Source of the DNA: Camelus dromedarius
Taxonomy: Eukaryota
DNA length: 64,000 nucleotides
Assembly (NCBI RefSeq): GCF_036321535.1
Contig: NC_087436.1
Coordinates: 91,638,001 to 91,702,000, forward strand
Direction: 5' to 3'
How positions within the stretch are numbered: the first letter of the stretch is position 1; each line of letters begins with the position of its first letter. The translations under genes were made by a program, and so were the position numbers. The notes below the pieces were generated by a model. It saw nothing but the letters and a program-made list of their open reading frames with translations, did not search any database and was not told where the DNA came from. This document shows, piece after piece, positions 12,959 through 27,050 of this stretch.

Positions 12959-14164
12959 TTCCCATTCCAAACAAGCTAAGGATTCCAGATTCATTTCATC
13001 CATTTCAGAAGGCACACCTCCAGATTAAGAAGAGGATGGAGACAGGGGCAGTGGCATTGTGTGGGAGGTTAAAATTCCCTAAGAAAGAGGCCTGCCTCAT
13101 CTGACAGGGGGAGAAATGGCAATTCTACAAATGCTTTTGCTTTAGAACAATGGCCACCTCTCTTAAGATTGTATAGAGAGGAAGAGAGCCCTTTCTTTTA
13201 TGAGGCTATCAAAGTTGTGCCATGACTCTTAGTCTACAGTTACCAGGCATTTGAGTGTTGTGAGACCCACGCAGAAATTATCTACTAAACCTTTTAAATT
13301 ATATTGCTAAAAGCTGGTCATACATTCTGTTTCCCAAATAGCTTTTGAGCCTAAATTTAAATGGCTGCACTATAAACAAGATAAATCAGTTTGTTTTTAA
13401 GTTGAGGCATCCAGGCTTCAACTAATTTAGAAAACAGTCTTATCATCAAAGGAAATATTAAGGATGGGGCAATACTGCCCAGTGGGGGATTTTCCTGGGA
13501 CATTACTGGGATTCTTTTTCTTAACTGGAGGAATTGTATTTTCTTCAGGTTTAGAAGCTGGTTTCACCCCATGAAGAATTAACAGGTTGCCCCAGTCCTT
13601 TTCCCAAGTTCCAGCTGGGAATCCTCACGGCCAATTCATGGTTCTAGAGAATCATTCATATTTTCAGCTATTCAAGGCCAGTTATAAGTTAATCAAGGCA
13701 AGCTTTGACAAAGGGAGGAAGAAAGATAAAGGGAAGATAAGAAGAGAAAATAAACTTTAAAAAGAAAAAAGAAAAAGCCAACACCTCCACTAACAACACC
13801 ATAAACATCGTATTTTTTAAAACTGAAAGGATGTCATAAAACTGTCTTTTTAAATGAAACATTTCCCCAGATGGCATCTGATCTAGTCATAGCCATATCT
13901 ACATGATACCTATGCATGGAAATGTATTTTTTTCTAATTGTTATGTAGCAAAATCTTGCCTTTAAGGTCAAAGTCAAATACCATCTGCTCTAAGGAATCT
14001 TCAGTAATGTTCATCCTCTGTCCCCAAGCTTGGCAGAGCTTCACCTTCTGTGTTCTGTCAGAGCTAGTCCCAGAGTTCCTCCACTAATGCTCTTGGCTTT
14101 CTCTCTTTACCTTCCACTCTTTTCTCCTCACTATTCCTTCTAGGAATGAATAATAACCTTTGAG

Positions 14165-14385
14165 ATAATAATATCTGAGAACTTACGATGCAATAGGCAA
14201 GATACTAAATACTCATTATTTTATTCAAAATTATGATTCAGCTGAAGTTTATTTAGTCATTTGTTTTCTCAAGAGGAAGGAAACTTGGAGAGCTTAAAGA
14301 ACTCGTGGAAGTCACAGAGCTAGGAGGTCGTGAGCCTGGATTAAATCTCAACCAATCAGATTCAAATGGATAGTGAGCTAAGGCT
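14165..14385 (-). mobile_element. MIR SINE
   Basis: 'gaggaaggaaact...gtcacagagctaggaggtcgtgagcctggattaaatctc'. Confidence 0.65.
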
Positions 14386-14699
14386 CTGTCAGTGCATCCA
14401 TATTCCCTGAGGACACTGCGCCTTTCGGTTTCCTTTCCCCAAATGCTGTGTTGTAGAAACTGTTTCAAGAGGACTGAGGTTTCAATCAAGCATGCATAAA
14501 AGTGGATTTAAGTATAAATATTGCTTGTTTTCTAAACAAACAATTGCAAAACTAAGTAGTGATATTCAGTTTGCAAGGGTAGGACCTGGGTCTTATGCAT
14601 GCAAGTGTCTCTAGCCCTTAATGAATGACTGGCACATCATAGGAGCTCAGATTTTGTTGAATACATTCATAAAAGTAGTTTTTATATACAAACAAATCA

Positions 14700-17140
14700 T
14701 TGTATTTTAAAATTAGGATAGTACTGTATATATGCTTTTTCCTAAAACTTGGCAGTGCATGTTGAATCTTTTCACCATGTCATCATACCTAATTTTTGAT
14801 AGCAACATAAGATTTTATATAAAGGTATGTTATATTTAATTTACTCCATCTATTATCATATCGTGGTGTACTTAGGTTGTATGCATTGTTCTGTTAGTAA
14901 AATAACAAAGTTATATCTTTCTATATATATGTTTTTCTTTATCTTTAAATGCACCATTAGCGGTAAAAATACAGATAAAAAGATATAGACAATCTTATAA
15001 CTTACATTACTTACTTCCAATTTGCCTTTCAGAAAACATTTTTACCAATTTAAATTCCTTTCAGCATTGACCCATTTTTGAGCATAAAATTGATGATTTC
15101 CTTGATAATAATACCCAGGTTGGTAATGCCAGTCACTATTGATAAAACAGTGAACTAGACAAAACCCTTGCCCTGAAAGCCAGGTGTACTGGACAACTCT
15201 CAGTGATATTCTCTGCAGGAAGTAAAACAATGAGGAGGGACAGTTTTGTGATGAGTGTGCTGTGTAGGGTGGGAAGGGAAAGTGGGCTTGGGAGAGGGGG
15301 ATTTGTAGGTAGAAGACGATAAATTCATCGTGAACAAATGGGATCTGAATTGCCTCTGAGGATGCAAATGTAATCACTTAGAGGGCAATTGAGTCTGTTG
15401 TTCCTGAAGTGAGCTCTGTGCTTGAGATGTCAATTTGGAAGTTAAGGATTCATGACACACATTTTTATTCATTCAATCAATTCATTTTGATTTTCAAATT
15501 CCTCAGCATAGAATGATAAATGATTAACACTCCTCAATGTGCTCGTTGTTTCGTTTTCATCTCTGAGTACTTTGTGTTTTTCTTCTTTTTTTCATGATTC
15601 AAGGAAAATAATTATAATACTACATAGTTTTTAGAATTATCTATTGTTTTCTATCTATAATTTATTTCTGTTTTATTTTTCATCTATTAATTCCTTCCTC
15701 AAGTTTTCTTTACATATTTTGTATTTTCTCATGTCTTCTTTCGATTCCTTAGTCTATTTATAGTTATTATCTAGTATATCAAAAATAATGCTACCATCCT
15801 TGCTTGTGTGACCATTTGCTTGATACATATTTTCCCATTCATTCATTCATTATTTACAATTCTACGATACTTTGTTTTAGGTATACCTTGGATAAAGCAT
15901 GAAGTTAGATTTTATTTGTTAATCCATTTTGATACTTTAGTGTATTTAAGTGGTTTTTCCTAAGTTAATGTTTTTATGCTCACTTCTGTCATCTTCTATT
16001 ATGCTTACTGTTTTCTTGCCAACATGTTTTAATTTGTAAACTGTCTTATTCCATTATATCTACACACTATGGTGATAATGGACACAATAAGACTCAAGAA
16101 TGCAAGACCTTTCACAGATTGGCTTTGCCATTTTAATTTATAGTCACTATGCTCTTTACCATTTAGAGTCAACAGTCTGATCTTGTTTCCTCTGCCATGC
16201 TCTTTCTTGTCTCTCTCTCTCTTTTTTAATTGTACATTTTACCTAGACAAAAAGATCCCCTTACTCTGCTTCCTCTACCGACATTGGCTTGCCTAACATT
16301 CATTTTGTTGTTCCTTTAATTCTCTTTACGTCAATCTCAGTTCCCCCGACCATTCTCACACAGAGCTCTACTTTCTTTGGTTCTTTGATTGTGTTTCCTG
16401 TTACTCTGCATATTTATGCCCTGTTTTATAATTAACTGCTTTTGTTAATTTTCCTCACTGAACCGTGATATTCTTGAGTAGTAGAATGGATATTATTTAT
16501 GTTGCTCTTTCTAGAAACTGGACACTATTAGGCTTTTAATAAAAAGATGATAACTATGCATTAATATTGTTTGATTGACTAAATTGATGGATTATTTCAT
16601 AAATATGATTACAAGTCATCTTTAAGATTTCCAAAGTATTTTTCAGACTAAGTTTTTGTGAAAATTAGCAAGGATCTTTTATAATATCCTTTTGGTACAT
16701 CAGACAACTTGCATTTTCTTCCACTTACACCTTCTGGGCTTTGAATAACTATAAAAACTTCTTCGATTTAAATGCATATTCAAAATTAATTGCCTGTAAT
16801 TTCTGACCATGTGTTTGCTTATTGTCACCTTAGTTTGATTTTCTTATCTTGGCATTCTGATTGCATCATTACATGCTTTTTTCAAGAAAGTTACATAGGT
16901 ATGTGCTATATTGTATCTGACTGTTCTTGAAATGGCTTTTGCACATGAAATACAATCTAGCTAGAAATAAAATCCTTGAGTCAAACTTATTTTCCCTTTA
17001 CAGTTATATAGTAGAGTTTCATTATCCTCCAGCATTTAATATTGCAAAGAAATTTTATGTCATGTTAATGTTTATCTTGAAGATAATTTTATTTATCCTT
17101 CTTGAATTCAAAAATATTTCTAGGCAATCTATAGGTATAT
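14700..17140 (-). mobile_element. Patchwork of highly decayed L1M and L2 fragments
   Basis: T-rich antisense L1-like tracts at about 14700-15080, 15550-16050 and 16800-17140, with L2-like pieces between; boundaries approximate. Confidence 0.45.
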
Positions 17141-17157
17141 TTTATTAAATCATTTTA

Positions 17158-17545
17158 TTTTTTATCACTTTATTTATTTATTTATTTATTTTTAATAGAC
17201 TTTATTCTTTTAGAGCAGTTTCAGGTTACAGAAGAATTGAGCAGAAAATATAGAGTTCCCACATAGCTCTCCCCACCTGCACCTATATACTCCCCTACCC
17301 ACAACATCCCTCATCAGTGTGGCATATTAAGTACAATCAATGAACTAACACAGGCACGTTATTACCAACCAAAATCCATAGTTTACATGAGGGTTCACTC
17401 TTAAAGTTGTACATTCTATGGGTTTTGACAAATGCATAATGACATGTAGGCACCACTATAGTATCATACAGAATAATTTCATTGCCCTAAAAATCCCTTG
17501 TGCTCCATCTATTCATTCCTCCCTCCCTCCCTCTCCCCAAACCCA
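17158..17545 (-). mobile_element. L1MC1/2-type 3' end with 16-bp TSD
   Basis: 'tttagagcagtttcaggttacagaag...agggttcactctt...gttgtacattctatgggttttgacaaatg'; TSD ttattaaatcatttta (17142-17157) / ttattaaattatttta (17546-17561). Confidence 0.9.
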
Positions 17546-19070
17546 TTATTAAATTATTTTAGAGCAAGAAAATCCTATCTTAGTATTGGCATTTAAGTTC
17601 AAAATATTTTTCTAAAGAATTTAGCATTGTTTTTTTTTTCTGAGTTGTTGTGGCTTTATCTTTAGGAGCATATCTGTACTTCTTAGGTGAGATTGCAATT
17701 TTTTATTCTCCCCTTTTACAGCATTTATGTATACTGTTAAAATAGGTAGACCTAATAAATGATACTAAATTATTTATGTGGAAGGGTTTAAAATACGCCA
17801 GGCAAACATGAACTAAATAAGGTAAGTAATAAAAATATCATACATCATTTAATTAGCATAAATGTGGGTAAAAAGGGCACATGGCAATAAAAAGAGAAAT
17901 CCAGAAACTGTATTTATAAATAAATATTTTATATGTGTGTTACAAAAAAGCCTCAAAATACATAAATCATGAAGTGACAGAATCAAAAATGAAATAAAAA
18001 TACCATGTAATGAGAGGTTTTTAACACCTTTCAATTAGAAATAGATACATCACACAGCAAACACCAGCAAAACTATGACATACGTGTGTGAGGAGCCTAT
18101 GTATTTAAAAAGCAAATGGATAACACATTAAAATGAAAAATATAGAAAAAGTGAAACAAAGTACCCCTAGCAGAAATCGAAGGATGTATATAAAGATAAG
18201 TAGAGATTAATAAAATAGAAAGCAAAAAAAAATTATAAGGGATTCACAAGACATACAGATTTTTTTTTGTCTCATTAGATTTTGACTTCATGAAGAGTTT
18301 TATAAAATGATGTAACTCTAAAGTGCATAAGAGTCATTTTTTCAAGTTTTTAAGAAACAATTTTGATTCCACTCATAATAAAGCTAAGTAGAGGAACTGG
18401 GAACAAACATAGGAACATACAATTGTTTAGTTAGTACATGTTGCACTATGTCATCTTATGATATTATTCTTTGTTAGTTTTTATTAGTTATTATCAGCAA
18501 AATTTTTTAATTATCTGATGGATTTTTTTACTTGTTTTTTTTTTATTAAATGTCCAAAATTGTGTGTTATATAAATGCCTTGCTATGTATTTATAAAATG
18601 GACATTAGGTTTTTGATTTAGAAGATTTGCTCTATGGAAGATTTGTCAGGAGCCAATTCTCTTCACAGACAGAAAAAAACTGCAGAAATCTAAAAGCTGG
18701 ATTGTTTGGGTCCTTTGACATAATCATTTTTTACTTTACTAAATAGCCCAATTCTCTCCAAAGTAATTTTACAATTTTATACTTCCATTTAGGATGATTT
18801 TGTGTGAAATTTCTTCAAAAACAATTAAATTTCAGGATATTTTGCTAAATAGGAACCATAAAGGAAAAAAAAAGTATTTCTGTGGCTTAAGGGTCTTATA
18901 ACTCTACAATATGGTTATAGATGTCTACATTGTGCTTCAGTTTAGAGCTGGCTTGTGAAATTATCTCACAGGTTCTAGACTTATTCCAGAGTAATTATGA
19001 AGACAAGAATAGTAACATTTATTTAGGGTCTTTATTCTTGATGTAAAGCAAATTTCAGCACTTCATGTAT

Positions 19071-21623
19071 TGTATATGTCACAATACATGAAGGTTACAT
19101 TACACCATACTATAACACATCTTTAAAATCTTAGTGGCTTATCACAAGAAGGATGTATTTCTCACTCATGCTACATATCCTTTGCAAATCAACAGAGAGA
19201 CCCTTCTTACTGTATCAGCGACCCAAGATAAAAAAGTAGCCACCATTTCAAACATTATCATGTTTCTATGATGAAAAGAGAGGTTTAAATGCTCAGAGCT
19301 TAACAGAACTAATCAAATGACCCATGTAATCATAAGACAGCCAAGAAATTGTCCAACGTTGTGCCTAGAAGGGGAAATAAACAGAAATATTTGGTTAAGC
19401 GCTTTATTGACTACAGAAGTCCTCTCTTCTTGTTACTGGATATTTAATTCACTCCCCTTCATGTGAAACTGAGTTGAAAGTTTAGCTCCTCTGAGAAATG
19501 AACACTTGCTTCCATATGAAGCCCAGATGCATCATGTCATGATCTGAAAACACAGTGACTTAAAACAGTACAAATTTGCCTTTTACTCATCCAGTGTACA
19601 AAATCTGTTATCTATATATTGCTGAGTGGCAAAGTCACCTGAAAATTTAAAACACCATTTATCATCTCACTGTGAGTTTCTGTGTCAGGAATCTGGGCAT
19701 GGATTAACTGGGTTTTGGGGCTCAAGATTTTATAAAGCTGCAAGGTTTCAACCAAGACCACAGTTATGAAGATTTCACAGAGGGCAAGATCAACTTTCAC
19801 ATTCACTCAGCAATTATTGGAAAGATCCATTCCTTGTGGGTCATTAGACTGAGGGCCTTGTTTTGTCTCAAGTTGCTGCCTGGTGACCTCCCTTGGTTTT
19901 TTACTATGTATAACCCCATGGGTAGTTGTAAATATGGCACCTGATGTTAACAAAGCTAGCAATGAGAGGGCAAAAGAGATTGCAAGTAAGATAAAGTCTC
20001 ATCCTTCTATAATCAAATGCTGGGAGTGATATCTAAAAACTTTTTTCATGTGTATTTGTTAGGAGCAAGTCATCAGGCTCAGCTCACACTCATGGGGAGA
20101 GGGATTCACAAGGACATGAATATCCATAAGGCACAGATCATTGAGAATTACTTCAAAACACCTAACACAGCTGTAGAAGGACAGGATAACTTCAAGTGAC
20201 ATTGTTTGGAAGGATAAAAGTGCAGACATAGAAGTTTGTGGTCCATAGAAATTTTTAAAAAATTAGCTGGGCCGATATTGCAAAGACCTCCAACCCTTGG
20301 GATGAGAATTGTTTCTTAATTAGAACCCTGATATTATTTCTGGGATGTGCTTCGCAATCCTTTGTTTATGGCAGACCTTGGAGAAGTTCTGTTTCCCATA
20401 TAAGTCTTCCTTCTCCATTACCATATCCGGGGATTGGAGAAATTCTTCAGGGCTAAGCAACTTTCTGCACCCTCTTTCTGTGCCTAGAAAGTTGGAAATC
20501 CAAGGGATGTTGTATATAGTTCTTTATAGTGTTTAAAATAGTATTTTAGCCCAGGTTCATGATTTCTTTCCCAGTACAATTTTCTTAAAAACTTAATAGG
20601 AGACATACATCTCATTTTAGTTCTTCTGCCAGAAGCCACACGTGAGATATTTTCAACTTAATTGCAGATACTTTGAATTCCCCTTCAACCTTCCCCCAAC
20701 CATTTTATCTAACTAAAAGGATTTTAGTGGAGGGCTTTAATCTATTTAGAGATTTGAACTAGTTACACCTTGATTTGCTTCCTGCAGAATGGTCTAGATA
20801 TCTAATTGGTCTCTGATGTTCAAAGGAATTCTCAGTTTACTCTTAAAAATAGATGAGAGGCATTACCTACCTTGCTCTGTGACCACTGCAAGTCTCCACA
20901 TTTCTGTACTTTCTCTATTCTCTTTTAATCTCTGTTTCAAATTGTGCTTATTTCTTTCTTATAACGCTTCGTCAGACATTGCCAGCAGCAACTAAAATGT
21001 GCTAGCAACTTTCTGTTTTTCAGTTTCTTCCCCAAAGCTACATTCTCATGAGGGACTTCGTCTATTTTCCATGTTATTGCAGGAGCCAATTTTTAAGAAA
21101 GTTTGTGCTGTATAGGAGGGATCCCCATCCTTCTGGTATCTAATGGCAGTTTCTTCACTATCCATGAGCAAGTCCCTACGCCAATGCCACACGTTTAGGG
21201 TGTTTTTAAATGGAGTTACCCGCTTCTAGTTATCAATATTTGTATTAGTCATGATAGGAGAGGTTCACACGGTGATAAAGGGAAGAAAGAAAATCTCAGG
21301 TGCTTAACTCAACAAGCTTGTTATTCATCTATTCTACATGTCCATCGTGAGTTCCCGGGGGTCCCAATTGTTGTACTTACTCAGGGACACAGTAATAGAA
21401 GAACAACCATTTTAAATGTTGCTAGTTGCTACAGCTAGGGAAAAAGGGCCCTGCTGGGTCTTGTACATCAACTACATGTTCTGGCCTAGAGGTAACATGT
21501 GCCACTTCAGAAGTTATACAACCCTATGCAATCACGAAGAGACCATGGAAGTCAGTCCTATCTCATTCCCAGAGGGGAGAGAACCAGGAATATTTAGTAA
21601 ACAGCACTGATTACTACCAAACA
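19071..21623 (-). mobile_element. Apparently complete ancient MaLR provirus (MLT1K/L-like LTR-int-LTR) inserted in a MIR
   Basis: Two homologous LTRs (about 19071-19417 and 21241-21623); PPT-like 'agtcctctct' and PBS-like 'acccgcttctagttatcaat' at the inner edges; flanks tgtat/tgtaa; MIR halves on either side. Confidence 0.65.
19610..20169 (-). mobile_element. MLT1F-like solo LTR nested in the MaLR internal region
   Basis: 'atttatcatctcac...gtcaggaatctgggcatgg...gactgagggcc...cagctcacactcatggggagagggatt'. Confidence 0.75.
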
Positions 21624-21805
21624 TGTAATATCTCATTTAATTCTCATACAACCCCATTTACCCAAGGGGGTAAATACTGTTGTCACTATTTTAAAGATGA
21701 AGAAACTAAACACTAATGTTAAGAAACTAAAGCTAATGTTAAGTAACCTGCTCAATATCACACAGGCAGGAAGTAATGGAGCAAGGACCACAACCCAGTC
21801 AGTTC
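21624..21805 (-). mobile_element. MIR SINE (continues from 19005-19070)
   Basis: 'atctcatttaattctcataaca...attttaaagatgaagaaact...gtaacctgctcaatatcacacag'; internal tandem duplication of about 20 bp at 21700-21740. Confidence 0.75.
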
Positions 21806-22847
21806 CCCTACAGCTTCCTTAAGCATCACTCTATGTATGGTACCTGATGAGGGTGAGAGAAAGATGAAGAGAAGGTGCTTGAAATTCTGTTTGATTAAAA
21901 ATAAGGTAGTAAGTATTCTATTACTGCACACATGTTTCTTTTCACTCATTACTTTTCTAACCTCTTTTCATAACTATTCAAGCAATCATCTCTAGAAACT
22001 TTTTTGACTGTAGCCCTACTAAAATACTTTAAAAAATGTTTAGTGTGTGCCTTGTGCTTTCTGATTTTTGATAACGAGCCAAAAGTGAGCGTCAAGTGCT
22101 GCTTGCTTGGGAATTACATTCTTGCAGGTAATCACCATGTGTGCTCTTAAATCTAATCATGAAGAAGAGCTTTTATTACTATAAAAGTGGATGTTTTTAG
22201 CTCGAATAAAAGAGCTTCATAGGCACTAATCTGCATTTGATTTTTCTATTTCATTTTTTAATCAGATATTTAAAGAAACTAGAGTGACTTAAATCAGGAA
22301 AGGATACTTATTATGCTAAACAAAAATATTTATAAAACACGGAAACTGAACCTGACAGGTAAAACAAACTGGAATTAATAAAATATGACCAAGTATTTAC
22401 GTGAAAAGCATAGAAATAGCATAGACAAAGAAAGGCACAGACAATAATACAAAGTTCGTGTGACAAACATTTACAAAGTACAGGAAAATAAATTTAAATG
22501 AAGCTTAGGTGTAACCATCTAAGTAACAAAATAAAATTTCTGTCAGTTATTAAACTGCTGTTGTCTTTACTCAAACAGATGTAACTAACTTTATCTGGTA
22601 GGTTACAGAAGCTTGAGAATTGTACTCTTCCTATGTGTCTTTAAGAAGTTTTTTTCCCCTCCTACAAAAATCTCATCAAAATTAAGGTTTAAAACATCCA
22701 TATTTAACTTTCCCAGTTGACTCAATACATTCAAGTGTCATGCCAAGTTTGTTGAGTTGTTCATTAAATCTGTCATAGTGAAGATGATCTAAAACCTGCA
22801 ACAGATGTGTAGATCTATCAGTTACAGAAAAATACCTCATTTAGAGT

Positions 22848-22952
22848 TGTAGGGGAGGAAAAATGTTTCCTCTTCTCTTCTAGGTTCTTTTGACTCATCT
22901 ATTAATTAAATTGACATAAGACAGATTAACAGGAAACAAAAACATTAGAATT
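22848..22952. mobile_element. ERV1-class LTR terminal stub
   Basis: 'tgtaggggaggaaaaa...tctaggttctt...agacagattaacagg' resembles laurasiatherian ERV1 LTR ends. Confidence 0.5.
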
Positions 22953-24034
22953 GTGCTTTTGCAAAGCAAAGGAAACCATAAGCAAAATGAAAAACAACAT
23001 AGAGAATGGGAGAAAATATTTGCAAACAATGCAACTGATAAGAGGTTAATTTTCAAAATATATAAACAGCTCATGCAGCTCAATATGGAAAAAAAAACAA
23101 TAAAAAATGGGCAGAAGACCTAAATAGACATTTCTCCAAAGAAGACATACAGATGGCCAACAGACACATGAAAAGATGCCCAACATTGCTAATTATCAGA
23201 GAAATGCAAATCAAAACTACAATGAAGTATCACCCCGCATCAGTCAGAATGGCCATCAAAAAGTCTACAAATGCTGGAGAGGGTGTGGAGAAAAGTGAAC
23301 CCTCAGACACTGTTGGTGGGAAAGTAAATTAGTGCAGCCGCTATGGAGAACAGTATGCAGTTTCCTTAAAAACTAAATAACAGAGTTACCATATGATCCA
23401 GCAATCCCACTTCTGGGCATATATTCAGAAAAGATAAAAACTCTAATTCAAAAAGATACATGCACCTCAATGTTCATAGCAGCACTATTTATACTAGCCA
23501 AGACATGGAAGCAACCTAAGTGCTCATCAACAGATAAATGGATAAAGAAGATGTGGTATAAATATACAATGGAACATTATTCAACCATAAAAAGAATAAA
23601 ATATTCCATTTGAAGCAACCTGGATGGACCTACAGAATATTACACTTAGTGAAATAAGTCAGAAAGAGAAAGTTAAATATTATATGATACCACTTTATGT
23701 GGAATCTAAAAATTAGTAGACATGAACTTATTTAAAAAATGGAAAGAGACTCACAGACATGGAAAACAAACTTATGGTTACCAATGCAGGTGGGGGTGGG
23801 GAGGGATAAATTGGGAATATGGGATTAACAGATGCACACTACTATATATAAAATAGGTAAACAACAAGGACCTACTGTATAGACACAGAGAACTATATTC
23901 AATATCTTGTAATAAACTATAATGGAAAACATTGAAAACTATAGATATATACATATGTCTAACAAATCACTTTGCTGTACACCTGAAACTAACTCAATAT
24001 TATAAATCAATTATATTTCAAAAAAAGAAAAAAA
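22953..24034 (+). mobile_element. 5'-truncated L1 (cetartiodactyl-type): decayed ORF2 C-terminus, 3' UTR and A-tail
   Basis: 'gaaatgcaaatcaaaactacaatga', 'ccatatgatccagcaatcccact', 'caaggacctactgtatag'; A-rich tail. Confidence 0.95.
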
Positions 24035-24671
24035 GGAATTTGTAATCAAAGAAAATAGAGGAAGAAATCTCTTTGGAGAAATATTTCGGTGGTAAGATCA
24101 ACAGAAAATTAGTGATTATATGTAGAGAAGGGTAGGATGAGGTAGGGGTGACAGTCACAGATGTTTAGAGTTTATTGGGGATGATCAATGGTTATTCATA
24201 TCAACTAAGAGAACACAAAAGAAGAAGCTACAGAGCAAATATTCCTTAAATACAACCACTTCTCATCACTCTTCTTGTTGCTCATCTAGTCTTTCCTTTA
24301 AAAATATCTTTGGGCTTTTACTAACTATAAAGCCATAATAAAACCAAGTGCAACAACTATAATTAGAAATGTCATAATATAGAAAGCTAAAGCTCTCTTT
24401 AATGTTCAGCCTATGTGTTACAGACTGCTTGGAGCATGTTTTCCAGCTTTTCTTTCAAAACATAACTTTCCGGGTGAGGAGAATGCAGCCAATTTTTGCT
24501 ACAACACATATTTTAAATTTTATAGATTGGGGAAAGTTTTTCCCTTGTCATCTAATGGGTCTCAGAGGGGCCCATGGGTCTGCTGGAGACACTTAGGGAA
24601 AAGAAAGCTTATGATCACTGTCAATTTTAAAACATAGTGTAAATTAAGGCATTAGAATACCCTGTCCAGTA

Positions 24672-25140
24672 CGGCTGGTCCTGACTTAACATGGTTCAGC
24701 TTAGGATTTTTTGACTTTATGATGGCATGAAAGTGATAGGCATTTGGCAGAAATTGTACTTTGAATTTTGATCTTTTCCAGGCCAGTGATACACAGTAGA
24801 TACTCTCTCATGAGCTGGGCAGTGCAGGGAGCTGCAGTTCGATCACAAGGGTAAACGACCAATACACATACAACCACTCTATCCCCAGAAAGCCATTCTG
24901 CTTTTCACTTTCGGTACAGTATTCAATAAATTACATAAGCTGTTATAAGACAGCCTTTGTGTTAGGTGACTTTGCCCAACTGTAGGCTAATGTAAGCGTT
25001 CTGAGCACGTTTCAGGTAGGCTAGGCTAACCTATGCTGCCTGGTGGTTAGGTGTATTAAAAGCATTTTTGACTTAATGATAGTTTCAACTCATGATGAGT
25101 TTATCAGACCATAACACTATTGTAAATCTAGAAAAATCTG
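24672..25140 (-). mobile_element. MER47/Tigger-family (TcMar) MITE
   Basis: TA target duplications at 24670-24671 and 25141-25142; 'tttgcccaactgtaggctaatgtaagcgttctgagcacgttt...taggctaggctaa'. Confidence 0.9.
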
Positions 25141-26128
25141 TACATTAAATAATATTTCAACCTTAATTCAACACTTAGATGTTGTCCTACTACCACTCTT
25201 GGGCCCAGCTACGGCCTAGAGAAGGTAGGTGGTGCTTTTAGGGAAGGGACTGCGGTTGGCAGTTCTCTCGTTCTCATTTCCTCCTCTCTCTCTCACCAGC
25301 TGTAGTTACTGACCACTCCCAGGATGCAGTGCGGAAAGTGAGGAAGGGATCCAGAAACCTCTTACTTGACCGGAATGGTAGGAAGCTGGCTTCCTGTTCT
25401 CTGAGGCTGACTGAGGGTAAAATCTGCCCCTTTCTGCTGTAAGAAGCATGTCTGGCTTCTCCACCTTGGTGGCCCGTCTGCAGTTCCTAGGAGGAAGGCT
25501 ATATATCCTTTCCCTTGCCTGCCACTCCTTGTTTACCCGTCAGCTTCGTTCAGATTTACTTTTAGCCCATCATGAAACCAGGTGGTTTTCACAGGGCAGG
25601 AATCAAAACACCCAGGTGGCAATTTCCTTGTGGCTCATGTCTGGGACACAGGAAAAATATATACATCCTTCCCTACTGCCCACTCCCAGATTCCAGGTAG
25701 CCTCATCAAAGATGCTCTCAGTAGATTTGAAATGAGGAGAGAAGTACCCATCACCCATTTTCCTTGACTGGGTGTGTGAAACTCTTAGAAGAGCCACAAT
25801 TCTTTGCAAACAAACAAACAAAAAAATCACACAAACCCTTTCTCAATCACCTGTCTTGGAATTGTTTGATGCCCTCTGTAAGAGTTTACATCTTCTGATA
25901 TATTTAAAGCACTCTGGCAGAAGCATCAGCTGGAGTTTGGTGGCCATTTTCCTTGTTATTATGAACCATTGGAAACACAGGATGTAGAATTCTCTATCTT
26001 CTTCATCAAAAGCCAACAGAACAAGAGTCTCTAAAAAGTTCATCAACTATTTTGGCTTTTAGTTATAGGTAATACAGTACATGATACAACTAGAAAGACA
26101 AAGAATAATTCAGTATGAATACTTTAAG

Positions 26129-26181
<53 letters not shown>
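26129..26181. repeat. (TA)n(TG)n compound microsatellite
   Basis: Seen directly. Confidence 0.97.
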
Positions 26182-26183
<2 letters not shown>

Positions 26184-26829
26184 CTTGGTGAGCTACCTGG
26201 TAGGAGGTTATGTAGGAAAGGGGATAATGATAAAGATATTTTCAAGTCTGTAATATCTTATTTCAAGTATTAAACCTCAAGTTTTCAAAGCTCTTGGGAA
26301 TTTTCAGCACATTTATAGAGTATATTAAAAATCAATTTTGAATTTAATGAAATTGAACTAGAAAATAACAGAGAATTAAGGTTTTTGTACTCAGAGAAAC
26401 CATTACAAGCAAATTGTACTTATTTCAGAATCACTGGGCACAGTGGGTTGCTGTGCTGCAGCTTTGATAAAAGCACAGCTTCAACTTTTCACATGTGCAG
26501 CCACATTTTTAAAAGACAACACCTAAGAGTGTAGTAAAATTCTTCCTTGCTTATACAGCAAATAACAAAGTTAATTCAACACTTAAAAAGTGCTTTCATT
26601 TTCTTCCTATTTAAAAGAATTTCCTGTTCATGAGATTTTAGTTGCTTTCTCATTTCTTCTTGTATTGTAATGGTTGCTATTGGTATTTTTGTCTACTGAA
26701 GGGTTCAGAGTAGATTTGAACAATATGCTCTAATTTTGGACAACACAATATGGACAGGTAGAGAAACAATGTTGCAACTGGCAAAAATGTCATTATTATG
26801 ACATTAGCGTGATGCTTTATATGTGTGTT

Positions 26830-27050
26830 TTTAAACACATTGTGATAAGTATGATGTTTAGGTGGGTGAGAACTCAGTACATGACAGCTATTAATTACCT
26901 ACATGGGTTAGATCAACAGATTAGGGAGATATATTTGGGTTGTCAGGGTCAACAGATGGTTATTGAAGTCATGGGAGTGAATGATGATAGACAGAGAGAG
27001 GATGTAGTATAAGAGAAGTGTGCCTAGGACCAAGCTTCAAGGTTGAGAGG
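26830..27050 (-). mobile_element. L2 fragment
   Basis: 'gagatatatttgggttgtc...agatggttattgaagtcatgggagtgaatga'. Confidence 0.6.

Noticed and set aside
24400..25780. Possible ancient LTR-like host element around the MER47 insertion (similar impressions at about 1930-2500 and 54400-54950)
   Set aside because: Could not assign a family or termini from the sequence alone
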